A stretch of 64,000 bases of DNA from a virus. A model generated the notes under the pieces. The model saw only the letters and a list, made by a program, of their open reading frames with translations. It was not told where the DNA came from and did not search any database. Positions 37,295 through 46,412 of this stretch are shown one piece after another. How positions within the stretch are numbered: the first letter of the stretch is position 1; each line of letters starts with the position of its first letter. The stretch lies in IMG/VR virus record IMGVR_UViG_3300025162_000050, positions 6,838 to 70,837 of that record, one strand, 5' to 3'. A program made the position numbers and the translations under genes.

Positions 37295-37528
37295 TTAAAA
37301 CTTATTTATTGATAACACAAATATAGACATATCAGTATCAACAAACACATTTCTATGCTTATCAATAAATTGTCTTTTAGCTTCTTCTTCTAAACAATGG
37401 TCGTCTACTCCAAAATGACCTGGAACTTCAAATTCATAGTTTTGATTAGAGCTAAACTCTAAATCATCAAAGTTAATTGACAACAAAAATTTAGCTCTAT
37501 AACTTTTATTTTCGCAAGGATTATCCAC
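37295..37528 (-). CDS. hypothetical protein
   Basis: 77-aa ORF in a tightly packed operon. Confidence 0.6.
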   Translation of the reverse strand: MDNPCENKSYRAKFLLSINFDDLEFSSNQNYEFEVPGHFGVDDHCLEEEAKRQFIDKHRNVFVDTDMSIFVLSINKF

Positions 37529-37783
37529 TTATGCCTTAGTTAATTTTGCTGCAAGACCCATAGCTCCGCAAGCAGTTAATACATATCCACTAATTTGAAA
37601 TATAATTGGCGCTACATATTGTTCTAATCCAAAAGTTGAATTGGCTAATAATACCCCAGCAGCACTACTACCAATTATCAATGATACTTTTAATACTTTC
37701 TTCCAGAATTTATTCAATTCTAATTTCCACCTAATTTTTAATTGTTCTAAAAAAGGTTTTTTATCTAATACTTTATCTGTCAT
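37529..37783 (-). CDS. small two-TM membrane protein (holin-like candidate)
   Basis: Basic N-terminus (RWK....FWKKV) followed by two hydrophobic segments. Confidence 0.5.
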   Translation of the reverse strand: MTDKVLDKKPFLEQLKIRWKLELNKFWKKVLKVSLIIGSSAAGVLLANSTFGLEQYVAPIIFQISGYVLTACGAMGLAAKLTKA

Positions 37784-37785
37784 AA

Positions 37786-38145
37786 TTATTTATTTCTTAA
37801 TTCATTAGTTCCAACAACTGCTGGCTTTTCTATTTTAAATCTATCATCTAATTCTGGATGATTAATTAATGTATTTACCATCATTGCGAGATTGCATTGA
37901 GCTAATCCTAGGTGATGTACGCCACTTTCTGGGTCTATATCTTCATACTCATTAAAGAATGCATTTAAATGCCTTAAAAGGCTATCCATTTGCTCTGTAA
38001 TAGGTAATCCCCGTCTCCAATTGAATGGAGCGTATTTGGCTGCTCCAAATGCAAATCCATCAGCTTCCCACTTATGACAATCTAATGGAATCATACCTAA
38101 TCTGCACTTACCAGTATTAAATCTTTCTGCTATTTTACTTTCCAT
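37786..38145 (-). CDS. dATP/dGTP diphosphohydrolase-domain protein (DUF5664-like)
   Basis: GK.R..., FGAAKY...NWRRG, DSLLRHL and DPESG.HHL..A.CN motifs. Confidence 0.85.
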   Translation of the reverse strand: MESKIAERFNTGKCRLGMIPLDCHKWEADGFAFGAAKYAPFNWRRGLPITEQMDSLLRHLNAFFNEYEDIDPESGVHHLGLAQCNLAMMVNTLINHPELDDRFKIEKPAVVGTNELRNK

Positions 38146-38689
38146 ATATTGACAGTTTAATCATTTGTATTAATACTAATGTCATTTCACTCCATTCATT
38201 CATTCTAAAACTATTTTCAATATCACAATCTTGATTCCACGGCCTATCAAAAATTATTTTAAATCCTTTAAATCCTTCAAAATTATGCAATCCATCGTCA
38301 ATTAAAACATCTAAATCTAATAATGATTTATTGTTAATGAAGATAATATTTTTTATCGGAAAGAATGGCATAAATTTCTTAACAAAATTCACTTTATCAT
38401 CACAAACACCTGTATTATACGATGCGTTTGCTGTGACAATATAAACTTCTTGATCTTTACACAGCCTTTCAATTATTTTCGCTGCGCCGTCATTTATTGA
38501 TAAAGACTTAAACAGCTTTCCATCTCCAAGATACTTATAAAAATCTTTACCAATTTTTGTATAATCAGCAATATCCCATGATTTAATGTCTTCAATAGAT
38601 AAAGTGTCATTATAATCCTTATTATAACACTCTATCCACTTGAAAACTAAGTCATTAATAACGTCGTCTAGGTCAATTCCAATGCGCAT
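38135..38689 (-). CDS. 5'(3')-deoxyribonucleotidase (HAD, NT5C-like)
   Basis: IGIDLDDV, IVTA, K...DVLIDDG.HN and RPWN motifs. Confidence 0.9.
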   Translation of the reverse strand: MRIGIDLDDVINDLVFKWIECYNKDYNDTLSIEDIKSWDIADYTKIGKDFYKYLGDGKLFKSLSINDGAAKIIERLCKDQEVYIVTANASYNTGVCDDKVNFVKKFMPFFPIKNIIFINNKSLLDLDVLIDDGLHNFEGFKGFKIIFDRPWNQDCDIENSFRMNEWSEMTLVLIQMIKLSIYGK

Positions 38690-39273
38690 AATTTTTGTTC
38701 CTCAATTTTTTCCATTAATTTTACATATGATATTGGGTAAAAGTCATTATTATCCACGCCTATATCGTAACGTTTAGGATGAAATGGTACTTTTTCTGAA
38801 CCTTTATCACTATTTGGTCCGCTATGAACATGTCCGTGAAGCATAATACTTCCAGATGGCCAGTACATCAATGGATAATGTGACACAAATAATTGTGTGT
38901 TATTATCATTTCTGACTATTATATTAGCCACATCCATTTGGTCTCCGCCATAAGACCTGAATATGTTCTTAATCACTTCTCTATCAAGCTTATTCTGGTA
39001 ACAATGATTGCCCAGAACGTGATATATAGTTCCATTAAGTTTTTGATTTAATCTTACAATAAAATCAATATTTCCAGTCCAACATAAATCTCCAGCATGA
39101 ACTACTATTCCGTCTTCTGGAACTACCTCATTCCATCGTCTAATTAATTCTTCAGTTTGATCTTCATTTGAATTGAATGGACGATTACAAAATGCTCGGA
39201 TGTTGTCATGTAAGAAGTGACTATCCGAAGTGAAGAACAATTTATCTAAATCTCCTTTGTAATCAATTCTCAT
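38668..39273 (-). CDS. calcineurin-like metallophosphoesterase
   Basis: FTSDSHF.H.NI, HAGD, LGNH, SHYP, LHGHVH and DIGVD motifs. Confidence 0.9.
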   Translation of the reverse strand: MRIDYKGDLDKLFFTSDSHFLHDNIRAFCNRPFNSNEDQTEELIRRWNEVVPEDGIVVHAGDLCWTGNIDFIVRLNQKLNGTIYHVLGNHCYQNKLDREVIKNIFRSYGGDQMDVANIIVRNDNNTQLFVSHYPLMYWPSGSIMLHGHVHSGPNSDKGSEKVPFHPKRYDIGVDNNDFYPISYVKLMEKIEEQKLCALELT

Positions 39274-39409
39274 TTTGGAATATCATTAATTAAACAATAA
39301 TCTTCCCACATTAAATATAAATCATTCATATTAATAATTTAAAGATTCTTTAATTCCAACAAGTGCTTCTGAAAATCCCATACCACCCTCAAATTGATTT
39401 CTATGTCCT

Positions 39410-39643
39410 TTAATCATTCTCTAATTTTTTAATTATTGCGAATCCAGTTTTAGGGCTATATCTACCAGCCAAATTTCTTCCAAAATAAAATATATCTCGT
39501 TCTCTTGCATCAACTTCTGGTAATCCAACTTTTGAAAACGATAAAACCTCACCAAATACTAATCCCTTGTATGCTGGCGGATTAAATGCAATTATATCTC
39601 CTATTTTTGGAGTATTACCTATTATATCTTTTCTAACATCCAT
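39410..39643 (-). CDS. hypothetical protein
   Basis: 77 aa, with a KD..G...KIGD.IAF start common in small phage proteins. Confidence 0.65.
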   Translation of the reverse strand: MDVRKDIIGNTPKIGDIIAFNPPAYKGLVFGEVLSFSKVGLPEVDARERDIFYFGRNLAGRYSPKTGFAIIKKLEND

Positions 39644-40370
39644 TTTCTTCTAAATATTTCATTATTTCATCATCATTAAATACTTCATTTATTTTTCTAA
39701 TATTACACTTTACTCCAAACCTATTAAATATATTATCAATTAACTCGTATGTTGGGTCTATAAATAAATCATATCCATAAGTTCTTAAATATACTTGAAC
39801 ATTTCCTCGTCTAATAGTTACATCTAATTCATCTTCGATATATTCTTTAATTGCTGTGGTAAACATTCCATAAGGTAAATCTATCTGCAATATATATCCA
39901 GCTTTAAATGGCACTATATCCATCAATACACATTTATCAAAAGATATAAATTCATTTCTAACACTAATATTAAATAATGAACATTTACCTTTTAATATAT
40001 GCATATTAAACTTTTTGAAAGTGTCTTCGTTGCAATAAGCTTTTATAAAACTTCTATCATCAACTATTCCTATCCAAAAGAAAGTATTACCAGCTTTAGA
40101 TATTTTAGTTTCTATAAATTTTACAACACCAGCAACTTTCATATTTTTCATATCAGTTGATTGTTCAGAAGCTTCTTTTATGTCAAAAATTTGAGTATAA
40201 TTATATTTCTCAAGCTTTAATTTTGCTTGACCCATTATAGACTTTAAATTAACCCCTATAGCTTCATTCTCCTGCGATATAAACCACTCTTTGCTTGGAT
40301 AGTAATATAATTGGTCTTTGAACATAAAAGACTCAGTACAATGAGGACCTATGTCTTTTTGTTTAGCCAT
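39633..40370 (-). CDS. stand-alone OB-fold protein resembling the DNA polymerase III alpha C-terminal region
   Basis: QENEAIG..L, VAGVVKFIETKISKAGNTF..I.IVDD...I and ILKGK follow the DnaE OB-fold pattern. No catalytic domain is present. Confidence 0.55.
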   Translation of the reverse strand: MAKQKDIGPHCTESFMFKDQLYYYPSKEWFISQENEAIGVNLKSIMGQAKLKLEKYNYTQIFDIKEASEQSTDMKNMKVAGVVKFIETKISKAGNTFFWIGIVDDRSFIKAYCNEDTFKKFNMHILKGKCSLFNISVRNEFISFDKCVLMDIVPFKAGYILQIDLPYGMFTTAIKEYIEDELDVTIRRGNVQVYLRTYGYDLFIDPTYELIDNIFNRFGVKCNIRKINEVFNDDEIMKYLEENGC

Positions 40371-40651
40371 TAATCCTCTGTATATAAATCAAGTCTATGA
40401 CAAATATTATCCATTTCAATATCAGCTTTAAATTTACAGAAATCTCCATTAAATATATTTGCTTGTCTAATGTATTTTTGACCTGGAATTATTTTACCTT
40501 TTTGAGATTTCATTCTTGCAATTGCTCGCTTTTCTTTAAATGTAAGTTCTGAAAATATATCATGAATACATTCCGAAATCCAAAAATAATAAGCATCGCA
40601 TTGATGAACTTTTTTAGCGGTTAATATCTTACTACTTAATACTGTTGACAT
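40370..40651 (-). CDS. hypothetical protein
   Basis: 93 aa, with AKK.H.C and I.PG.KY..Q motifs. Confidence 0.7.
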   Translation of the reverse strand: MSTVLSSKILTAKKVHQCDAYYFWISECIHDIFSELTFKEKRAIARMKSQKGKIIPGQKYIRQANIFNGDFCKFKADIEMDNICHRLDLYTED

Positions 40652-40654
40652 AAT

Positions 40655-40942
40655 CTAAAATATAAATAAAAATCCACTATCTTCTCTATATTGAATATCA
40701 ACTAACTTTCCTAAATCTTCATAAGAATTAGTATCCATATTCTTACATCTTAATTCCATTCCAACATAAATTCTTGGACATTGAGTAATCTCTAAAAACA
40801 TTTCTTCGTCCTCATTATACCCAATATACATTTTATCATCATTAGTTAGCACTTTTGCTACTTTTGATTTAGAATCATTTTGTAATGGAGTGAGAAATTT
40901 TAGGTAATTCTCAGTTTTTTTGAATAATTTGTATTTGCTCAT
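40655..40942 (-). CDS. hypothetical protein
   Basis: 95-aa ORF in the operon. Confidence 0.65.
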   Translation of the reverse strand: MSKYKLFKKTENYLKFLTPLQNDSKSKVAKVLTNDDKMYIGYNEDEEMFLEITQCPRIYVGMELRCKNMDTNSYEDLGKLVDIQYREDSGFLFIF

Positions 40943-41445
40943 TTTATTTTTTTATTAATCCATACCACTAATTCCTCAAAATCAAATGTCCAACGATTTC
41001 TTTCAAAGAATGGACTTCCAATTATTCCGACAATATTATATCCTTGAAATGGTTCATTAAAAGTCATTAATGTTGTAACACTAAATTTCTCTTCACCTAA
41101 ATTAGCCTTATTATATGATAAGCTAAACTTGTAATCAGATGTTTGTAATTCATTATTTGAATCATTTGATTTAGTTAGCCCAATCATTTCTGGCTTTAAT
41201 TCAATTGTATCAAAATATGATTCTTTTAAATAATTAGCATTTGCTCCAGTATCTAGTAAAAACCATTCTAATTTATCATTAATTTTTAGTTTAATAAGTG
41301 GTAATCCACATTTTTTAAAACCCTTCTTAAAGCAAACTCTATATTTATTTAGATTTTTATATTGCTCTCTAAAATGAATAACAATAAATGCTAATCCAAA
41401 TCCTAAAATTAATAATACTATTCCTACTCCTATATATCCATCCAT
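40939..41445 (-). CDS. membrane-anchored retropepsin-like aspartyl protease
   Basis: N-terminal TM helix, FLLDTGA and GIIG..F motifs. Ends at a TGA in an ATGA overlap (13 aa longer if read as Trp). Confidence 0.8.
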   Translation of the reverse strand: MDGYIGVGIVLLILGFGLAFIVIHFREQYKNLNKYRVCFKKGFKKCGLPLIKLKINDKLEWFLLDTGANANYLKESYFDTIELKPEMIGLTKSNDSNNELQTSDYKFSLSYNKANLGEEKFSVTTLMTFNEPFQGYNIVGIIGSPFFERNRWTFDFEELVVWINKKIK

Positions 41446-41886
41446 TTAATTTTTATCATTAATTAATTTCTCAAGTTGTGTTTCTAAAAATTCCATTTCA
41501 GATTCACAAATAACCCCATTTATTTTTAAAATATCATCATCCCACTCAATCATGTTAAATATCTCATCTCCAAGAAAATAATCATTGAAACTATCGGTTT
41601 TACAATCATAGTATGCTCTACCATAGATTTGATTCCCCAATTCTTCATAATCTATTTCAAATGAGAATTTGCTTTTCTTAGCCTGGACTATTAATTCATC
41701 AACAGGAGCAATCCATTTACTTTCAAACGAGTACATTCCATTTTCAATCTTTTCTAACGAAAATATGCATCTGCCACCTTTAATAATCTCAAAGCCTTGC
41801 TCATTGTAGTCATGTTTTTCTAATCTCTTGGAAAATGATTTGTATCTCCCACTGAAAGTTATTGTATTGTAGCACCAATTTGCCAT
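41446..41886 (-). CDS. DUF1281/YubB-like ferredoxin-fold protein
   Basis: MANWC.N start, FESKW.AP and YEE.G motifs. Confidence 0.65.
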   Translation of the reverse strand: MANWCYNTITFSGRYKSFSKRLEKHDYNEQGFEIIKGGRCIFSLEKIENGMYSFESKWIAPVDELIVQAKKSKFSFEIDYEELGNQIYGRAYYDCKTDSFNDYFLGDEIFNMIEWDDDILKINGVICESEMEFLETQLEKLINDKN

Positions 41887-41888
41887 AG

Positions 41889-42905
41889 TTATAATTTTAA
41901 TATTATCGGATTTATTCCGTTATTTTCATACGACTTTCTTGAATAATCAAATTTACCATTTTGTAAGTGCCAATTAGCATCTTGTAGTAATGACTGGAAT
42001 GTAATTCCATATTTATTAAATAATTCATTTGTGTTATCTTCAATATGTTTGTCAATCCACCTTAATGGAGTTAGATTGTTTTTATTGATTACAATAAACT
42101 CAAATGGAAGTAATTCAAAGTCTTTGAAATAATCATCTTCTCTAAGAATCCAATTTAATGCAGTCCAATAACCCTCACTTTGCAAAAAGTAACACCATTT
42201 CACGTATGAACTTTCAAAGGATTCTTCATTATCGCCAGTTGTTTTTAAATCAAAAGGCTTGACAGTCTTATTCTCATGGTCGATTTTTACCAAATCCATC
42301 ATGAAACGAAATGGAACTCCTTGAATTTGTGTTTTAAACTTTAATTGATATAGAACTTCTTCATCTTCGTTGCATTCAAATATATCGTATGTGTATTGAT
42401 GCGTGCGAAGCGTATTGACACATTGCTGTGCTTCACTAAATTCCTGTGGAGAAATAACTATCTTTCCAGTAGAATATTTTAAAACCGTATAGTATTCAGC
42501 TCCAAGTTCTTTCACTTTTTTAATACGAGTATCGTCTTTCCATCCAGCTTGATATCCAACAGTATTTAATGTTTCAATCATATATTGGTCAATGCAATCT
42601 TCGATAGTTTCTGCATCTGGACATATTTGATTAAGCATTTCTACTATTAATCTCATTTTATCTCCAAACTTATCAATATCTGCTACATAAAATCTATCAT
42701 CAAATTCTTCGGGACAGGTTAAAATTGTATCGACGGTTGATCCAAACCTAAGTGACACTGTATCAATTTTTTCGTCTGATATTAATGCCCTTGGACCTAA
42801 TCTATGAAATTTACTTAGAGTTGAATATGAAAGCGCTTTATCATTTCTGTAAGTAGTCTCATCGACTAACCAACTAATATCTGCTAAACTTTTTCTTTCC
42901 GCCAT
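41889..42905 (-). CDS. PD-(D/E)xK exonuclease (RecE/DUF3799-like)
   Basis: ALSYSTL, FGS.VD and MDLV.ID....PFDLKTT...Y.LQ...Y motifs. Confidence 0.8.
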   Translation of the reverse strand: MAERKSLADISWLVDETTYRNDKALSYSTLSKFHRLGPRALISDEKIDTVSLRFGSTVDTILTCPEEFDDRFYVADIDKFGDKMRLIVEMLNQICPDAETIEDCIDQYMIETLNTVGYQAGWKDDTRIKKVKELGAEYYTVLKYSTGKIVISPQEFSEAQQCVNTLRTHQYTYDIFECNEDEEVLYQLKFKTQIQGVPFRFMMDLVKIDHENKTVKPFDLKTTGDNEESFESSYVKWCYFLQSEGYWTALNWILREDDYFKDFELLPFEFIVINKNNLTPLRWIDKHIEDNTNELFNKYGITFQSLLQDANWHLQNGKFDYSRKSYENNGINPIILKL

Positions 42906-43172
42906 TTAATCCTCCTCATAATTTACACACTTATTCATATATGTATCGCTTATATCTAAACCAATTAATAGATAACTAATCTCTTGTAACTTACAATACC
43001 TATCAGTCATATTCTCCGGTTCGCATAATCTATATTCTTTAATTGTTTCAGACTTAATTATATCTGAAATACTATCAAAATCATGGTCTATAATGAATTT
43101 TAAGATTAGATTATAATCTTTATCATTTAAGACTGATTTTGATAGTGCTTTTAATTTTTCAATTTGCTTCAT
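42906..43172 (-). CDS. hypothetical protein
   Basis: 88-aa coupled ORF. Confidence 0.65.
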   Translation of the reverse strand: MKQIEKLKALSKSVLNDKDYNLILKFIIDHDFDSISDIIKSETIKEYRLCEPENMTDRYCKLQEISYLLIGLDISDTYMNKCVNYEED

Positions 43173-43495
43173 TAGTTATTCTTTAAATATATAAAACATT
43201 CTATTTCATTTATTCTTCTATCAAAACATTTAATTTTAGTTCTAGCATAAGAATCTCCTTCCCACTTGTCAATTTCCTCAATGTTATCTGTTTCAATTAA
43301 AAATCCAGGAATGACATCATTTGCATCAAACGTTTTGTAACATAAAATATAATGATAATTAGTTTTTGTTATTGGAGATTTTACAACGTTTAATTTAAAA
43401 CCTCTCACAAATACCGATGAAATTATCTTTGAGTCAAATTTTTCTAAGTTTTCTGGCAAAATCAAACTTCCATATGAAAATATTAAATTACTCAT
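43172..43495 (-). CDS. gamma-glutamylcyclotransferase-like (AIG2/GGCT) protein
   Basis: IFSYGSL at the N-terminus and IDKWEG..Y.R motif. Confidence 0.75.
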   Translation of the reverse strand: MSNLIFSYGSLILPENLEKFDSKIISSVFVRGFKLNVVKSPITKTNYHYILCYKTFDANDVIPGFLIETDNIEEIDKWEGDSYARTKIKCFDRRINEIECFIYLKNN

Positions 43496-43664
43496 CTTTT
43501 AAGTCATTTATAAAATCATTAATATCAAATAATAAGTTGTCAATATACTCTAACCTTTGACATGCATCATATTCATCAAATGCTATTGCCATATCACAAG
43601 CTATTTTTACCCCTTGAATCCTAAACTCTATCTCTTTAATTGCATTTAGTTTTTTATCTGACAT
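43488..43664 (-). CDS. hypothetical protein
   Basis: Likely start MSDKK at 43664 (track start is 43703). Confidence 0.55.
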   Translation of the reverse strand: MSDKKLNAIKEIEFRIQGVKIACDMAIAFDEYDACQRLEYIDNLLFDINDFINDLKDE

Positions 43665-43819
43665 TTTCTTGATTTTTGAAGTTGTTTGTAAATTAATTTT
43701 CATTCATCTTTATCTCTAATCAAATCTCCTGATAATTGTGGATAAAATTCCCAGAACATACCAGACTTTAATAAATCATTATATTCTTTTATTTCCAAAT
43801 CATTCTTATTCCTAACCAC
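43646..43819 (-). CDS. small phage protein with probable internal TGA=Trp (43700-43702)
   Basis: GTG or TTG start; ...YNDLLKSGMFWEFYPQLSGDLIRDKDE[W]KLIYKQLQKSRKCQIKN-TAA. The read-through end overlaps the MSDKK start. Exact start is uncertain. Confidence 0.5.
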
Positions 43820-43971
43820 AATTTAAGCCAATTAAAATTAAATTCTACTTTATTTTCTTTCTGGTGATAAAGTATTGATATGTTTGGAATTATATCCCAT
43901 ATTGGTTTTACTGAATTATCAATATCTTTAATAAAACTTATTTTAAATTTAAGCATCTTTAAACTCCCCAT
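43789..43971 (-). CDS. hypothetical protein
   Basis: 60-aa ORF overlapping its neighbours. Confidence 0.55.
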   Translation of the reverse strand: MGSLKMLKFKISFIKDIDNSVKPIWDIIPNISILYHQKENKVEFNFNWLKLWLGIRMIWK

Positions 43972-44137
43972 AATTACAAATTAGTCCTGTTTTATTTATA
44001 AATTCTGAATAAACCAATTTATATTTATTAAATTCTACTTCTTGTATTGAATATATTCTTTTTCTATCATATTCTTTATTTAAATCAATACATTTTATTT
44101 CAAGTTCTAAATTTATTCTTTTTTCTTTTTCTGACAT
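43949..44137 (-). CDS. hypothetical protein
   Basis: 62-aa ORF. Confidence 0.55.
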   Translation of the reverse strand: MSEKEKRINLELEIKCIDLNKEYDRKRIYSIQEVEFNKYKLVYSEFINKTGLICNYGEFKDA

Positions 44138-44337
44138 AGATTTATATATTTAATAAATATTCTAGCATGTAACTCGATTCTTAATTCTTCAGAAACTATT
44201 CCTTTAAGCTTTATGTATTCAGCCTTATCAGCTTTTAATTCATGTGGAGTTTCTTCTAGATCAATCATCATATCTAAAAAGTCATCTAAGTATGTAAAGA
44301 CTTCAATTACTTGTACTCTTGTTATTTTATCTGACAT
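44113..44337 (-). CDS. hypothetical protein
   Basis: 74-aa ORF. Confidence 0.6.
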   Translation of the reverse strand: MSDKITRVQVIEVFTYLDDFLDMMIDLEETPHELKADKAEYIKLKGIVSEELRIELHARIFIKYINLCQKKKKE

Positions 44338-44339
44338 AA

Positions 44340-44555
44340 TTATTTGATTTTAAGTTTAAGAATAGATTCAGTAAAAACTCCCACTCCATCACCGATAGAT
44401 ACCTGTTCTTCCAATATATCATGGATTGCCTGATTATAAGCTTCTTTTTGTGCTGATTTAATACAGTGCAATAACATTTTCATTTGAATTTTATCAAAAT
44501 CATCATAACCAGTTTCTCTAAATGTTTCGTTTAAATATTCCTTTGGATTTCTCAT
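44340..44555 (-). CDS. hypothetical protein
   Basis: 71 aa, with AQKEAYNQAI and ESILKLK motifs. Confidence 0.65.
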   Translation of the reverse strand: MRNPKEYLNETFRETGYDDFDKIQMKMLLHCIKSAQKEAYNQAIHDILEEQVSIGDGVGVFTESILKLKIK

Positions 44556-45010
44556 TATTCTAAGTTTTTAATAAATTCAATACATTCTTTTACATGGGTC
44601 TGATTGTGTGGTTCCATAAAATACACAAATGAATCACTTACTATACCATCTTCTATAAGCTTTAAAAATAGTTTTTTCTTGGATTGATAATCATCATTTT
44701 CTTGGCCTTTCGCCTCGATTACAATGAAATAATTCTTCCATTGTAGAGTAAAGTCGGGTGTATAAGTTTTTCTTTGAACTTTTTCTCGCAATCTTAAAGT
44801 TTTTTTATCTTTACCAGACTTATTTGGCCACAATCCAGTCATTCTTTGAAATACTAATGAGGGGATTAACTCATATGTAATCCCCTCATAATTAAATTCA
44901 ACACCTAATAACTTCAATTGCTTGTATGTAAAAACTTCTAATGCACTATCAAACTTCACCCCATCATACTCAACTTTTTTGGCATTCTTAACTTTTACAT
45001 TTTCTGCCAT
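44555..45010 (-). CDS. DUF1064/T7 endonuclease I-like PD-(D/E)xK endonuclease
   Basis: YDG.KFDS.LE, TYTPDF, IEAKG and K.KLF motifs. Confidence 0.85.
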   Translation of the reverse strand: MAENVKVKNAKKVEYDGVKFDSALEVFTYKQLKLLGVEFNYEGITYELIPSLVFQRMTGLWPNKSGKDKKTLRLREKVQRKTYTPDFTLQWKNYFIVIEAKGQENDDYQSKKKLFLKLIEDGIVSDSFVYFMEPHNQTHVKECIEFIKNLE

Positions 45011-45011
45011 A

Positions 45012-46412
45012 TTAATTTACTGGTGTTTTAAATGACATTTCTTTATCATCTATTAAATCAAAATATCCATAAGTGTCACCAAATTTATTTTGACACATCT
45101 TGTTATAAACTTTACGTTCTTTGATGTAATCCAATAAAATAGCTGTTGTTTCTTCATTATATGAAAATTCAATTACATCTTTCAATATAATAGATTTTAT
45201 TGGAGTACCATTTTCTGCGTAATTTAAAATTGCCATACAAATATACAACCAGTTTACCAACTTATCAATATTTGTTGTTGCATTATGAACTCTAAATTCC
45301 ACAGTTTTAATATTATTACCAAATAACATATTAATAAAATTACAATAATAGTAGCGAGAACGAACTTCCCATTTTCTATCACGACCTGGGTCACTTGGAT
45401 GAGGTCTGGTTAAATCACCATTCCAATCTGCATGTCCATCAGATAAATAATTGTAAAGAATTTCTATTGAATTCATTTTCTGTGGAAGTTTCTTACAATA
45501 ATCTTTACCATTTGATTTATAATGACTTGTTTGATAGACATAGTATGGAAATAATTCTCCAATTTCATCTTGCAATGAAAAGCATAAGTTATATAAATCA
45601 AGTATCTTAGCTTTTTCTAATGGAAATCCCCCTAAATGCAAATGAACTGAACAATCTTTATTAATATTGCAACTACTCTTTAATTCTTTCATTTGATTAG
45701 CAAGTAAATTTATACCAGCAAATCCTTTCATTGGAATAGTTGTATATTCATGACCACTAATTGAACCATCTCTTAATGGAATTAATCCCAATTGTTTACA
45801 TTTATATTCAGGAATAATACCAGCAGATGTTTCTACTTCAAACCCAAAAGAATATTTATCAATAACTTCTTCATATTTTTGACCAACTAAAAGTTTTTCT
45901 GTATATTTTGAATTATCAACTTGTGCAAACTTTTCAATTAGATTTTCTGAATTATATAGTCTTTCAAATGAATAAATATATGCATTACCTTTTTTATCCG
46001 TAGCTTTATCAAATCTTTTTGAACAGGCATATTTATAGTCATAAAATAATCCATTATATTCATCAAATACTTTTGGAATTAAATCAAACAATTCTTTACT
46101 ACACACAATATATCCACCATAGATAGTATATAATTGATAATCATATTCAAATTGTTTTTCAAATTTTCCATGTTTATATGAATCATTTTCATATCCAATA
46201 ATTCCACTAATTACATTTGGAGTAATTTTTTTCCATTCCTGTTTTACATCATCAAAATAAATTCTAGGATTTCCTTTGCGAAACCACCTACCATCTATAT
46301 TGAAGCAATCGACATTCTTTTGATAATATTCCCTATTAATAGAAATACAGTCTTTTTTATTAACTGTATTTCCAAATATTGTTGTTACTTTTATTTCTTT
46401 AATTTCTCGCAT
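45012..46412 (-). CDS. putative amidoligase (COOH-NH2 ligase fold, Amidoligase_2-like)
   Basis: FGFEVET, RDGSI, E..T.P, CSVHLH, SRY...N and TVEFRVH motifs. Confidence 0.85.
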   Translation of the reverse strand: MREIKEIKVTTIFGNTVNKKDCISINREYYQKNVDCFNIDGRWFRKGNPRIYFDDVKQEWKKITPNVISGIIGYENDSYKHGKFEKQFEYDYQLYTIYGGYIVCSKELFDLIPKVFDEYNGLFYDYKYACSKRFDKATDKKGNAYIYSFERLYNSENLIEKFAQVDNSKYTEKLLVGQKYEEVIDKYSFGFEVETSAGIIPEYKCKQLGLIPLRDGSISGHEYTTIPMKGFAGINLLANQMKELKSSCNINKDCSVHLHLGGFPLEKAKILDLYNLCFSLQDEIGELFPYYVYQTSHYKSNGKDYCKKLPQKMNSIEILYNYLSDGHADWNGDLTRPHPSDPGRDRKWEVRSRYYYCNFINMLFGNNIKTVEFRVHNATTNIDKLVNWLYICMAILNYAENGTPIKSIILKDVIEFSYNEETTAILLDYIKERKVYNKMCQNKFGDTYGYFDLIDDKEMSFKTPVN

